A DNA stretch of 64,000 bases from an uncultured delta proteobacterium. Its GTDB lineage: Bacteria; Desulfobacterota; Binatia; UBA9968. This document shows positions 30,761-40,894 of this stretch, piece after piece. The notes under the pieces are model-generated. The model was given only the letters and a program-made list of their open reading frames with translations. It ran no database searches and had not been told where the DNA came from. How positions within the stretch are numbered: the stretch's first letter is position 1; the number at the start of each line of letters is the position of its first letter. The stretch is taken from positions 1,472,001 to 1,536,000 of the forward strand of contig CAVUVW010000013.1 of the NCBI GenBank assembly GCA_963745035.1, given 5' to 3'. Position numbers and translations under genes: made by a program.

Positions 30761-32179
30761 ATGCCGATTCTCAATCTTTTGTCCGTTTCCGCGCGGCTGA
30801 TCTCGTTCGGAATTCTATTCGCCATCCTCTCACAGTCGGGTCACAACCCGGCTCAGGATTTGCGGCGCCAAGGTCTTTTCCCTGCGTATATTCAGCGCGG
30901 CGATGAGGTGGAGAAACTCTATATCGAGTATAGCAAGCGCCTCGCCGGCTATCGCGAGCGGCTCGGCGCAGCTTTGCGCCAAAGTGCCCCCGACTTGCTT
31001 GTGCTTCTTGGACCGCTCGATCGAATTGCTTCCGGCTACCAAATCCTGCCGAAAATAACTTCCGATCTGCCGCCGGAAGAGCATCCGCGAGCGAGCTCCA
31101 TCGCCTATAGTTGGCCCTGGACGAAGCGCCTGATCGATCGCGAAGTGCAGGCGATCGCCGTCACCCAAGCGGAGCTCCGCGGAATTGCAACCAAGGACTC
31201 GATGGAGCAGAGAGCTCTACTCGAGCGGCTTGCCCGGAACTATCGAGAGCAGCGTTTTCGCCACGGTAATATCGATGCGCACGTCCGCTACAACCGGTTG
31301 TGGCAAGCCGCTATCGCGGCTGACCGGTCAGGCTACGACCGCGAGACCGCGCTGCACGCGTTGATTCTGGAGCGGCAGAGAATCGACGACAGCCTGCGGC
31401 GTGTGCGCGGGACCTTTGAGAAATTGTCGCCTGAGAAATTGTCGATTTCCTTTGGCCGAACAGGCGAAGCGGTCAGGCTATCGGAGATTGCGCGCGACCT
31501 GAGAAGCCGCAATGCGCTGCTGGCGCGCCGGATCGATGAGGCGATGGGCACAGTGCAGAGTCCAAAGTTTATCCGGATGGAAAACTCCGCCGCCGAATGG
31601 ATCTTTCGCGTGCCGTTGTTTACCGACATCGAGGATCGAGAATTCGTCGCCGAGGTGAAACGGATCGTAGAATCGACATGGCGCCTCGTGGACGTAACCA
31701 GGGCCTACCGGGTCGAGCTTGACATTTCCTATCTGTCGGCGGATTTCCTCTACGCCGACGGCGGCAGGCCGGCGCGCGGCGATAAGCTCGATATTACCCG
31801 CCATCTGGCGCGGTTTCCTGCCGGCGGCGCGATTCTTACCACCGGCGGATTGACGACTCATGTACTAGATTATGCGATCGTTCTAGGCCCGAGTCCCGTA
31901 TCGCCGCGCGTGCTCGCGCACGAGTTCGGTCATATCCTCGGCTTTCGCGATCGCTATGTTCGAGGTTACAGGAATCTAGGCAGAAATGGCTTCCAGGTGG
32001 TAGAAGCCGTTGCCGATCCGCGGGATATCATGGGCGGCGCAATCCACGGCTCGGTGTTGTCCAACCATTTTTCCAGGCTGGTTGAGCACTACACCGGACA
32101 ACTCCCGCGCTCTGTCCCCGAGCTGAAACCGATCAAGGGAAACTCGCCCTCTCCGACCCGAAGCATTACGTCGAGCTGA
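30761..32179 (+). CDS. Exported protein with helical N-terminal region and C-terminal metzincin-type Zn-metalloprotease motif
   Basis: Hydrophobic N-terminus; VLAHEFGHILGFRDRY (HExxHxxGxxD) and Met-turn-like DIMG. Confidence 0.65.
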   Translation: MPILNLLSVSARLISFGILFAILSQSGHNPAQDLRRQGLFPAYIQRGDEVEKLYIEYSKRLAGYRERLGAALRQSAPDLLVLLGPLDRIASGYQILPKITSDLPPEEHPRASSIAYSWPWTKRLIDREVQAIAVTQAELRGIATKDSMEQRALLERLARNYREQRFRHGNIDAHVRYNRLWQAAIAADRSGYDRETALHALILERQRIDDSLRRVRGTFEKLSPEKLSISFGRTGEAVRLSEIARDLRSRNALLARRIDEAMGTVQSPKFIRMENSAAEWIFRVPLFTDIEDREFVAEVKRIVESTWRLVDVTRAYRVELDISYLSADFLYADGGRPARGDKLDITRHLARFPAGGAILTTGGLTTHVLDYAIVLGPSPVSPRVLAHEFGHILGFRDRYVRGYRNLGRNGFQVVEAVADPRDIMGGAIHGSVLSNHFSRLVEHYTGQLPRSVPELKPIKGNSPSPTRSITSS

Positions 32180-32277
32180 TTCTACAAACGGCTCGGCGGA
32201 TCCTCCGCGCGTGCTTGCGCCGCCGTCGAAAGATCCGCCGAGACTTAGCGGTTTAAAACTAACTAATGATTCACACG

Positions 32278-32664
32278 CTACTCGCGACTACGCGAGGCGG
32301 CGACGATGGCAACGATCACCACTGCCAGCACGCCCAATCCAACTAGGAGCGCGATGGTCGGGTCCATGCCCATCACCTCTCCGCCCGAAGGACCCGACGG
32401 TCCTGCAGGCCCTCGCGGACCCGGCTCGCCAGCAGGCCCTGCCGGCCCCTGAACGCCCTCTCGCCCCTCCGGTCCTGGCCGCGCCCGCTCCTGATTTTTC
32501 TCCTGACCTTGGACGCGTATGTCAAAGTTGCTATCTCCCGCGCGGCCTTCGACCGACGCCTTTCCTTCATTCTTTTGCGGCGAATCTTGCGCACCGACTA
32601 AATAGGCAGATCCAAACGCAAAGAAAAGAAGTAAAACACCGATCAGATATCCTCGTGTTTTCAT
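32278..32664 (-). CDS. Small membrane-anchored collagen-like protein
   Basis: AGGAGG RBS; signal peptide; 11 G-X-Y triplets (GPE GRE GVQ GPA GPA GEP GPR GPA GPS GPS GGE); C-terminal TM plus basic tail. Confidence 0.75.
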   Translation of the reverse strand: MKTRGYLIGVLLLFFAFGSAYLVGAQDSPQKNEGKASVEGRAGDSNFDIRVQGQEKNQERARPGPEGREGVQGPAGPAGEPGPRGPAGPSGPSGGEVMGMDPTIALLVGLGVLAVVIVAIVAASRSRE

Positions 32665-32881
32665 GATACACCCTCCTTTTGCGAACAATTCAGATCTTGT
32701 AGGCAATTGGAGCAAAAGGTGTGCCCTTAGTAGGACAACGACGTGAATTCAAAGACTTAGAGGTGGTATAAAAGTGTCCTTCCGCAAATTCGCTGCGGCT
32801 CAATCGCACCTGTTCAGTGAATTCAGACTTACTGTTGAAGCCAAAACCATACGGTGGAAATGTCGCTAAAAACCGGAAGCC

Positions 32882-32919
32882 TTGCCACTGATCGAACAAT
32901 TTAATACACTTGTTTTAAA
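32882..32919 (+). promoter_or_regulatory. Sigma70-type promoter overlapped by a palindromic operator (probable TetR autoregulatory site)
   Basis: TTGCCA(32882)-17 nt-TACACT(32905); inverted repeat TTTAA-t-ACA-ct-TGT-t-TTAAA at 32900-32919. Confidence 0.7.
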
Positions 32920-32922
32920 CAT

Positions 32923-33576
32923 ATGTCTAAACTTGAACCGGTAACGTCAGATACAGAGGATCGTCTCCTTCAAGCCGCTGGTGAAGTATTTGCCGAGCAT
33001 GGCTACAGAGCGGCAACCGTACGGCAAATCTGCGAGGCGGCGGGAGCAAATATAGCAGCGGTGAACTATTACTTCGGGGACAAAGAAGGACTGTACATGG
33101 CAGTTCTGCGCTCGGTCTCCAAAGTCAATGCAGAAAAATATCCGCCACACGCGATCTCGGGCCGCGAGACCGCGCCGGAGCAGGAATTGCACGCTTATAT
33201 TCGTTCCCTGCTACAGCGCATTTTTGACGAAGGGCGTCCCGGCTGGCACATTAAAATCATGGGGCGCGAGTTGATCGAGCCGACGCACGGCATCGATATG
33301 ATTGTGGAAGAAGGAGCCCGTCCTTATCACCAGGCGCTGACAGCAACCGTCCGCGCCCTGCTCGGGCCGGGCGCAAACCCAAACGCTGTCCGTCTTTGTA
33401 CGTTAAGTATTTTAGGACAGTGCGCCTACTACCACCATGCTCGGCAGGTGATCCGCCGGCTTTACCCCGAACAGCGGTACGGCGAGGAAGATATTGAACA
33501 ATTGGCGGAACACATAACGACCTTTTCTCTCGAGGGACTAAGACAATTTACGCAAAGGAGACCCGACTCGCCGTGA
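32923..33576 (+). CDS. TetR-family regulator (CecR/YbiH-like)
   Basis: RLLQAAGEVFAEHGY.AATVRQIC..AGANIAAVNYYFGDKEGLY; RELIEPT; HITTFSL. Confidence 0.92.
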   Translation: MSKLEPVTSDTEDRLLQAAGEVFAEHGYRAATVRQICEAAGANIAAVNYYFGDKEGLYMAVLRSVSKVNAEKYPPHAISGRETAPEQELHAYIRSLLQRIFDEGRPGWHIKIMGRELIEPTHGIDMIVEEGARPYHQALTATVRALLGPGANPNAVRLCTLSILGQCAYYHHARQVIRRLYPEQRYGEEDIEQLAEHITTFSLEGLRQFTQRRPDSP

Positions 33577-33752
33577 AAGTCGTGGCTGTCCGGCAAGCGC
33601 CGAGCACGGGACGGATTTGTAACGGATGCGACAAGAAACGACTTCAAGGAACCTGCGGCTGAACCAGCGCGTGAGACGCCATCGATGATCTCACGCGATC
33701 CAACATCTCGCGAACGCAGGATCGATACGATCGACGAGCAAGAGGCTAACCA

Positions 33753-35009
33753 GTGAGAGAATTTTTCCGTCTAGTGTGCGAGAAACCAACGCTCTCGGCA
33801 AAGAATTCTTTGACCTGGACGTGTCAAAAGTTTTTGCTTCCCGTTGCAATCACGGCACTCTTGGCTACAGGCTGCGGGGATCGCTCAGCGACAGCCCTCC
33901 CAGGAAATGACGATGCGCCGCGCCAGGTAAAAGTCGCTGAAGCGGTCACCGCCAAGGCAGCGCGCGTGGTGAGCGCCACCGGAACGCTCGCCGCAGACGA
34001 TCAGTTCGTGCTGGGCACGAAAGTCATCGGGCGCGTGAGCGAAATCGCGGTCGATCTAGGCAGCCGCGTGCGCAAGGGGCAGGTAATCGCGCGCATCGAT
34101 CCCAGCGATTATCGGCTCCGCGTCGATCAAGCAGAAGCCGCTCTCCAGCAGGCGCGGGTGCGCCTCGGACTACCGGCCGAAGGAACCAGCGATCGGATCG
34201 ATCCCGAGCAAACCTCGCTGGCGCGCCAAGCAGCGGCCACGATGAAGGAAGCGCGCTTGTCCCACGATCGAATGGCGGAGTTGTGGAAAGGGGATTATAT
34301 CGCGCGCGCCGAGCTCGACGCGGCGGTCTCGAAGCTCGCGGTGGCGGAGGGCCAGTATCAGGCCGCGCTCGAGGAGATTCGCAATCGTCAAGGAATGCTC
34401 GTCCAGCGTCGTTCGGAGCTCGAAATCGCACGTCAGCAGCTCGCCGATACCGCTATCGTGTCTCCCACCGACGGCGCGGTGAGCGAGCGGCAAGTTTCTG
34501 TGGGTCAATACCTGGCGGCGGGAGCGCCCGTGGTCACACTCGTGCGCATCGATCCGCTGCGCTTGCGGCTCGCGGTTCCCGAACGTGAGGCTGGAGCCGT
34601 GCGTGTCGGGCAGCCGGTGGAGCTTACCGTCGAAGGCGATTCCGCCAAGTACCCGGGTCGGGTGGCGCGCCTGTCTCCGGCCTTCGCTGAGAACAATAGA
34701 ACCTTACTGATCGAGTCTGAAGTGCCGAATGAAAAAGGCATACTTCGCCCCGGATCGTTCGCCAAAGCGGACATTGTTATCGAGGCCGGCCAGGAGATCG
34801 TCACCGTGCCGCGCGACTCAATCATCACGTTTGCCGGAATCGAAAAAGTGCTCATGGCGGTGGACGGAAAAACTGTCGAAAAGCGCGTGCGTACCGGACG
34901 CCGGATCGGCGAGCAGGTGGAAATCACCGAGGGCATCGTTGCCGGCAATCAAGTCATCGTTCGCCCCGGCAACCTCGTCGCAGGCGCTGCCGTGACGGTC
35001 GTGAACTGA
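33753..35009 (+). CDS. RND efflux periplasmic adaptor (MFP) lipoprotein
   Basis: Lipobox LATGC, VDLGSRVRKGQVIARID, SPTDGAV, LRPGSFA. Confidence 0.92.
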   Translation: MREFFRLVCEKPTLSAKNSLTWTCQKFLLPVAITALLATGCGDRSATALPGNDDAPRQVKVAEAVTAKAARVVSATGTLAADDQFVLGTKVIGRVSEIAVDLGSRVRKGQVIARIDPSDYRLRVDQAEAALQQARVRLGLPAEGTSDRIDPEQTSLARQAAATMKEARLSHDRMAELWKGDYIARAELDAAVSKLAVAEGQYQAALEEIRNRQGMLVQRRSELEIARQQLADTAIVSPTDGAVSERQVSVGQYLAAGAPVVTLVRIDPLRLRLAVPEREAGAVRVGQPVELTVEGDSAKYPGRVARLSPAFAENNRTLLIESEVPNEKGILRPGSFAKADIVIEAGQEIVTVPRDSIITFAGIEKVLMAVDGKTVEKRVRTGRRIGEQVEITEGIVAGNQVIVRPGNLVAGAAVTVVN

Positions 35010-38000
35010 TGCAAAAGCTCGCAGAAGTTTCCATCCGGCGTCCGGTTTTCGCCTCGATGATCATTCTGGCGCTCGTGGTCGTCGGCGTGGCGAGTTATTT
35101 CCGCCTCGGCGTAGACCGCTTTCCGTCGGTCGATTTGCCCAACGTCTCGGTCCGCACTACCTTGCCCGGCGCCTCTCCCGAAGAAATCGAAACCATAATT
35201 TCCCAACCGATTGAAGAGGTAGTCAACACCGTCGAAGGAATCGACGAGCTGCGCTCCGTGGCCGGCCGGGGAACCTCGTTCGTCATGGCGACGTTCAACC
35301 TCGACCGCGACATCGACGTCGCCGCCCAGGATGTGCGCGATCGGGTCGCTACGGTTCTCAATCGTTTGCCGGATGAAGTCGACCCTCCGGTCATTTCGAA
35401 GTTCAACAACGAAGATTCGCCGATCCTCACCCTAGCGGTTTCCGGCGACCGGTCGCTGCGCGAGTTGACGGAGATCGCCGACAAGATCGTCAAGGTGCAG
35501 CTCGAGCGTTCCGTCGGCGTGGGCGAGGTTCGCCTCGTCGGCGGCTTGGAACGCGCCATCAACGTTTGGATAGACGCGGACCGATTGGCCGCTTATCAGA
35601 TCCCCATCACTGCGGTGCGAGACGCCATCCAGCGGCAGAATGCTGATATCCCTGGCGGTAATGTGACGAGCGGCGCGCGCGAGCAAGTGCTGCGCACCAT
35701 GGGAAGGATCACCGACCCGGAAGCTTTCAATGATTTGGTCATCACCACCGTGAACGGATCGCCAATTCGCGTCCGCGACATCGGCCGCGCCGAAGACGGC
35801 ACGAAGGAACAGCGCTCTCTTTCGCGGCTGGACGGCGTGCCCACCGTCCAGCTTCAAGTACGGCGCCAATCGGGCGCCAATACGATCGCCGTCATCGAAT
35901 CCGTGAAAGAAAACCTTGCGCGGGTCAGTCGACAGCTTCCCGGGGACGTGAAAACCGAAATCATCCGGGACCAGTCGCGTTATATCTACGCCGCGCTGCA
36001 CGAAATCAATCTGCATCTGATCTTGGGCAGTATCCTCGCGACCTTGGTCGTGCTGGCCTTCATGCGCAATTGGCGTTCTACAGTGATCAGCGCGGTTGCC
36101 ATTCCCGCTTCGGTGATCTCGACCTTCGGCATGATGTGGGCGCTCGGCTTTACCCTGAACAGCGTCACGATGCTGGCGCTCGTCTTGATGGTCGGGATCG
36201 TCATCGACGACGCCATCGTCGTACTGGAAAACATCTTCCGCTTTGTCGAAGAAAAGCGCATGAGCCCGTTCGAGGCCGCGCGCGCGGCGACCGCCGAGAT
36301 CGGCTTGGCGGTCATGGCGACGACGTTCAGCCTCGTCGTCATCTTCGTTCCTGTCGCCTTCATGTCCAGCATCTCCGGACGGTTTCTCTATCAATTCGGT
36401 CTCACCGCCGCCGTCGCGGTGCTGGTCAGTCTCTTAGTCTCGTTTACGCTCACGCCAATGATGAGCGCGCGCATGCTCCGCGCCGAGGACGCGGCGGAGG
36501 GCGAGGAATCTCATTCCCGAAAGGGATTTTACGCCTGGATCGACCGGCACTACGAGCGCATGCTGCAGTGGTCTATGGCCCATCGCGTAGTCGTTATGGT
36601 GTTCGCGGCGCTCGTGGTGCTGTCCTCTCTTCCTCTCTATACGCTGGTTCGGCAGGAATATATTCCCAGCGACGTCGACGAAGCGGAGTTCGAGCTCAAT
36701 ATCACCGCGCCCCAAGGGACCAGCCTGGCGTCCATGGACGAGATCATGCGCGCCGTGGAGGGCGAATTGCGGGCTGTTCCATTAGTGCGGCTAATGCTCT
36801 GCGATGCCGGCGGCGGCTTCGTGAGCGGCGTCGGCACCGGTGGCTGTTATGTGCGCATCGCGCCCCACGATGAGCGCATATTTTCCTTTACCCGCCTTTG
36901 GCGCGAGACCCTCAACGGTCAACCCTGGGTCGCCTTCCGCAGCACTTCGCAGCGCGACGTGATGCAGCAAGTCCGCGCCGGCCTCGGTAAATTCACGGAT
37001 CTTCGGATTTCTGTGCGCAACCTACCGTCGTTCAATATCGGCGGCGGCAACTGGGATATCGATTTCGTTCTGCGCGGTCCGAACCTCGAAGCGCTCGCGG
37101 CCTACGGAGAAGAACTGCGCGTCCGCTCGCAAAAGCTCGGCATCATCGATGCCGATACCACTCTCAAGCTCGACAATCCGGAATTGCGCGTGGTGATCGA
37201 TCGCAAGCGCGCCGCCGATCTAAACGTGGACACCGAGCACATCGCCTCAGCGTTGCGTCTGATGGTCGGCGGCGATGAGGAAGTGTCGCGCTTTATCGAT
37301 CCGTCGGTCAACGAGGAATATGACGTGCAATTACGCTTGTCGCAGCACGATCGAGAAGATATCGGCGCCATCTCCCACCTCTACGTTCCGCGCGCGGGCG
37401 CCGGTCTGGTGCGGCTCGACAATCTGGTGTCGGTCGCGCCGGCCATGAGCGCGTCCCGGATCGACCGCCTGGACCGCCAACGCCAGGTGAGCCTACGCGC
37501 TCAAATCGCGCCGGGATTCGCGCTCGCCGATCGCCTCGAAGCGCTTCATCAAGCAGTGCGCGAAATGAATTTACCTCCCGAATACACCACCAGCGTCTCC
37601 GGTCGGGGGCGAGAGCTCACGCGCACCTATAGCCAATTTCTCTGGGCCTTTTTGCTTTCGATCATCTTCATGTACATGATTCTCGCTTCCCAATATGAGA
37701 GCACGATCCACCCATTTACCATTTTGCTCTCATTGCCGCTGTCGATCCCGTTTGCGCTTTTCTCGCTCTGGGCTACGGGAAACACGCTGAATCTCTATTC
37801 CGCGCTCGGCATCCTGGTGCTCTTCGGCGTGGTCAAGAAAAACTCGATCTTGCAGATCGATCATATGAACAGACTCCGCGAGCAAGGCATGGAGCGGCTC
37901 GCCGCGATCATGCGCGCCAACCGCGACCGGTTGCGTCCGATACTGATGACCACACTCGCTCTGGTCGCAGGGATGCTGCCCTTGGCGCTTGGATCCGGTC

Positions 38001-38209
38001 CCGGTGCCGAAGAAAGGCGGGCCGTTGCAGTCGTCGTGATCGGTGGGCAAACCCTGTGCTTGCTCCTTACATTGCTCGTCACGCCCGTGGCGTATTCGAT
38101 GTTCGAAGATTGGGCGAAAAGTATCGATCTCAAACGCGCGCGCCGCGCCGGCCGCTTGTGGGCCGAGCGCTTGCGTCCGTCGTTCGCTCGGCGAAAATCC
38201 GTGGAATAG
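35009..38209 (+). CDS. RND efflux permease (AcrB/MdtB/SwrC family)
   Basis: IRRPV, GIVIDDAIVVLENI, KNSIL, RLRPILMTT; 1066 aa. Confidence 0.96.
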   Translation: MQKLAEVSIRRPVFASMIILALVVVGVASYFRLGVDRFPSVDLPNVSVRTTLPGASPEEIETIISQPIEEVVNTVEGIDELRSVAGRGTSFVMATFNLDRDIDVAAQDVRDRVATVLNRLPDEVDPPVISKFNNEDSPILTLAVSGDRSLRELTEIADKIVKVQLERSVGVGEVRLVGGLERAINVWIDADRLAAYQIPITAVRDAIQRQNADIPGGNVTSGAREQVLRTMGRITDPEAFNDLVITTVNGSPIRVRDIGRAEDGTKEQRSLSRLDGVPTVQLQVRRQSGANTIAVIESVKENLARVSRQLPGDVKTEIIRDQSRYIYAALHEINLHLILGSILATLVVLAFMRNWRSTVISAVAIPASVISTFGMMWALGFTLNSVTMLALVLMVGIVIDDAIVVLENIFRFVEEKRMSPFEAARAATAEIGLAVMATTFSLVVIFVPVAFMSSISGRFLYQFGLTAAVAVLVSLLVSFTLTPMMSARMLRAEDAAEGEESHSRKGFYAWIDRHYERMLQWSMAHRVVVMVFAALVVLSSLPLYTLVRQEYIPSDVDEAEFELNITAPQGTSLASMDEIMRAVEGELRAVPLVRLMLCDAGGGFVSGVGTGGCYVRIAPHDERIFSFTRLWRETLNGQPWVAFRSTSQRDVMQQVRAGLGKFTDLRISVRNLPSFNIGGGNWDIDFVLRGPNLEALAAYGEELRVRSQKLGIIDADTTLKLDNPELRVVIDRKRAADLNVDTEHIASALRLMVGGDEEVSRFIDPSVNEEYDVQLRLSQHDREDIGAISHLYVPRAGAGLVRLDNLVSVAPAMSASRIDRLDRQRQVSLRAQIAPGFALADRLEALHQAVREMNLPPEYTTSVSGRGRELTRTYSQFLWAFLLSIIFMYMILASQYESTIHPFTILLSLPLSIPFALFSLWATGNTLNLYSALGILVLFGVVKKNSILQIDHMNRLREQGMERLAAIMRANRDRLRPILMTTLALVAGMLPLALGSGPGAEERRAVAVVVIGGQTLCLLLTLLVTPVAYSMFEDWAKSIDLKRARRAGRLWAERLRPSFARRKSVE

Positions 38210-38241
38210 GAACTTCCTGCAGTAAGCTGCCGTCCGAAATC

Positions 38242-38276
38242 CGTCATTCCCGCATGTTTTAAGCGGGAATCCAGGC
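38242..38276. repeat. GTCATTCCCGC-type REP palindrome
   Basis: cgtcattcccgcatgttttaagcgggaatccaggc, exact inverted copy of 8642-8676. Confidence 0.85.
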
Positions 38277-38346
38277 GGCTCCGGAAATGAATCCCGATAA
38301 CAGCAGGTCTAAGGAATCAACCCACCGGGATGGAAGCAAACCAAAC

Positions 38347-39390
38347 TTACCGTCCTGGCAAAGGATCGGCCCCCGCGAGCTTGTTGAAGATCTCCACCGC
38401 CGCGGCGTCGCGCGGCAGCTCGCGCACCACTTTTTCCAGGGCCTCAGGCATCAGCGGCGTCGGGGGCTCGCCGGAAACTTTCTGATACTCCTTCGAAAAC
38501 TCCGGATCGCTCAGCGTCTTGCGCATGGCTTCGCGCAAAATCTGCACGCGCTCCGCGGGCACGCCGGGCGGCAGGAAGAAGTTTTGCCCCGCGAGGCGAA
38601 AGGCGCGGAACATCTGCAATATTCTTTTCTCACGGTCCGACTTCGCGAAAGTTTCCAGTTCGGGCGCCTGGGCAAATTTCGGATGGCGCTCGCCCTTAGG
38701 AATCTCGATGCCGGCGTGGATGTCGATCAACCCTTTTTCGAGCCACTCGCGGTTGCGCCGGATCATTGAGTCGCCGGTATTCACCCGCGCGTCGGCTTCG
38801 CGCCGATCGATCGCGACATCGATCTCCGGGCCGGTAAAGCCAACAACGAATTTGGGATCTTTCAACCCGAGTATATAAGCAAAGAGCCGCCCGGTGATGT
38901 AGACCGGATGGCCGACGGATTGGCCGCCGATCCGCACTCCGGTCGCCGCGCGAAGTTTGTCCATGGTGTCGAGCCCGGCGTGCCGATGGGTGATGAACAG
39001 ATAGTGCTGCGCGCTGTCGGGCGTGCCTAGATAGATGAGCTTGTCGATATCGTACTGCACTCCGGTCGCGCCCAGCACCGCGTTGGTGACCAACGCCGCG
39101 CCCATGCTGCCGACGGTGAGTCCGTCGGGCTTGGCAACGCCGTAGATGTGGTTGGCCGCCTGCCGTCCGCCGCCGGCGCCCATGTATTGCATCACGATCG
39201 TCGGGTTGCCGGGGATATGCTTGCGGAAAACGTTGATCACGCCGCGCGTTCGCAAGTCCGCCGATCCCGCCGGCGGCCCGCCGAGAATGACCGTGATCGT
39301 CTTGTCCTGATAGAAGGGAGTCTGGGCTCGGCTCGATTCACCGAAGAATAGACCCAGGATAAATACAGCAGTGACAATGATAACCTTCAT
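38347..39390 (-). CDS. Bug/TctC tripartite tricarboxylate transporter substrate-binding protein
   Basis: FYQDKTITVI, HIPGNPTIV..MGAGG..AAN..Y..AKPDGLT, PPGVPAERV. Confidence 0.88.
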   Translation of the reverse strand: MKVIIVTAVFILGLFFGESSRAQTPFYQDKTITVILGGPPAGSADLRTRGVINVFRKHIPGNPTIVMQYMGAGGGRQAANHIYGVAKPDGLTVGSMGAALVTNAVLGATGVQYDIDKLIYLGTPDSAQHYLFITHRHAGLDTMDKLRAATGVRIGGQSVGHPVYITGRLFAYILGLKDPKFVVGFTGPEIDVAIDRREADARVNTGDSMIRRNREWLEKGLIDIHAGIEIPKGERHPKFAQAPELETFAKSDREKRILQMFRAFRLAGQNFFLPPGVPAERVQILREAMRKTLSDPEFSKEYQKVSGEPPTPLMPEALEKVVRELPRDAAAVEIFNKLAGADPLPGR

Positions 39391-39473
39391 TCGGTTCGCT
39401 CCTTCGCTGTAAGAAATTCCCCCACGCCGCGTGGCGATGGCGTACCTCGCTCATAACACTCGATTTTAGGAAA

Positions 39474-39551
39474 TCACCGCGGAGTCGCGGAGCACGCAGA
39501 GGAATGCCACTGTAAAATTAGTTCTCTGCGTTCTCAGCGTCTCAGCGGTGA
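39474..39551. repeat. Palindrome TCACCGCGGAG.../...CTCAGCGGTGA built of three 8-9-bp units per arm
   Basis: tcaccgcggag tcgcggag cacgcagag ... ctctgcgtt ctcagcgt ctcagcggtga. Confidence 0.8.
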
Positions 39552-39585
39552 ATGATTTGTCTTTCGGTTGCCTCCGCCCGCTGAA

Positions 39586-40560
39586 TTATTGCCCCCGCGC
39601 GCCGCCCAACTCACGCCGAGCCTTCTCGAGAAAGCTGAAGTCGCTGATCTGCGCGACTGTAAAGGGTTGGGCCACCTTCGAATCCTCGCGCACCAGATCG
39701 ATCATGAGCTGCAGCCCTTCGGGCTTGATCGTCATGTCGCGCAGCACGCCGCGGTTGAGTTGGCGGAGCATCTCGCCGGCGAGCTTTCGATCGGTGAGCC
39801 GCCACTGCTTCATGATGATGTTCACCACTTCTTCGCGGTTGCGCGGATCGAGGCTGAAATAGAACCCGCGCAAGGTGGCCCGCACCATGCCGTAGACTTC
39901 TTCGGGACTCTCCTGGATCTTTTTCACCGATGCGCCGAAGCCGTTTTGCGGAAAGCTCAGCACGTCGCCCAAAAACAACAGCTCGCTAAAGCCTTTTTCC
40001 GTGGCGAGAATATTTTCCGGCACGCCGAGCAGCGCGGCGTCCACCGCGCCCGACTCGAGAGCGGCCAAGCGGTTGTCCCGAAGCGGCACGACCGTGACGT
40101 CGCGGCCCGGCTCGAGGCCGAAGTGCTTGAGCGCGGCGTCCGCCATCAAGGTCGCCGTGCCGCCCGCGGTGCTGCCGCCGACTTTCTTCCCTTTCAGATC
40201 CCGGGCCGCGCGAATATCTTTTCTGACGATGAAGAATTGCAGAGGCCGGTCGACGGCGCAGGCAAGAATTTTGGCCGGCGCGCCGCGCACGATGCCCTGA
40301 ATGATGCCGTTCACCGCCGCGCTGTAATCGAGATCACCGCGCACGAACGCCGCGTTGACGGCTTGGGTGGACATGAAAATCGTTTCGAGATCGATGCCCT
40401 GATCTCGATAAAATCCCTTGTGAAAAGCGGCGTGAAAAGGCAGGAAGCCGATGTTGGTCGATTGGATGCCCATCCTGACTTTCTTGGCCGGCGTTTGCGC
40501 GAACCCATTCGCGCCGGCGACTACCAGCCAAAAAATCAGAAACGGCAACACAAGAAGCAT
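39586..40560 (-). CDS. SsuA/THI5-like ABC substrate-binding protein
   Basis: KGFYRDQGIDLE, DLKGKKVG, FPQNG, ISDFSFLEKARREL. Confidence 0.9.
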   Translation of the reverse strand: MLLVLPFLIFWLVVAGANGFAQTPAKKVRMGIQSTNIGFLPFHAAFHKGFYRDQGIDLETIFMSTQAVNAAFVRGDLDYSAAVNGIIQGIVRGAPAKILACAVDRPLQFFIVRKDIRAARDLKGKKVGGSTAGGTATLMADAALKHFGLEPGRDVTVVPLRDNRLAALESGAVDAALLGVPENILATEKGFSELLFLGDVLSFPQNGFGASVKKIQESPEEVYGMVRATLRGFYFSLDPRNREEVVNIIMKQWRLTDRKLAGEMLRQLNRGVLRDMTIKPEGLQLMIDLVREDSKVAQPFTVAQISDFSFLEKARRELGGARGQ

Positions 40561-40686
40561 TATCGAAACCTCGAAGCGACGCCATTCTTACAATAACTCT
40601 CGTGTTCCAGCAAGGTTGGGTGCTGGCTCATCTGATCTATCTAAACGAGGTGCTAAGCCGAAGAGTTCAAGATGGCGCAGCTTATC

Positions 40687-40715
40687 TGTCATTTCGAGCA
40701 AAGCGAGAAATCTTT
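40687..40715. repeat. TGTCATTTCG-type REP palindrome
   Basis: tgtcatttcgagcaaagcgagaaatcttt. Confidence 0.75.
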
Positions 40716-40894
40716 CCTAGTGAGACCTGAAGGAGCATAGTCAGCACAGAACTAATCCCATGTGCATCGAAGAACTTTCTACGGCTGCGCGGTAATCTGA
40801 TCTGGACATCCTATCGTGCGTGGAGTATCAGAGCGGAGCCGCCCGGGTAAAGTTTTATCTACTGGCGCAAGTCCACTTTTGGGAGCAAACCGCG

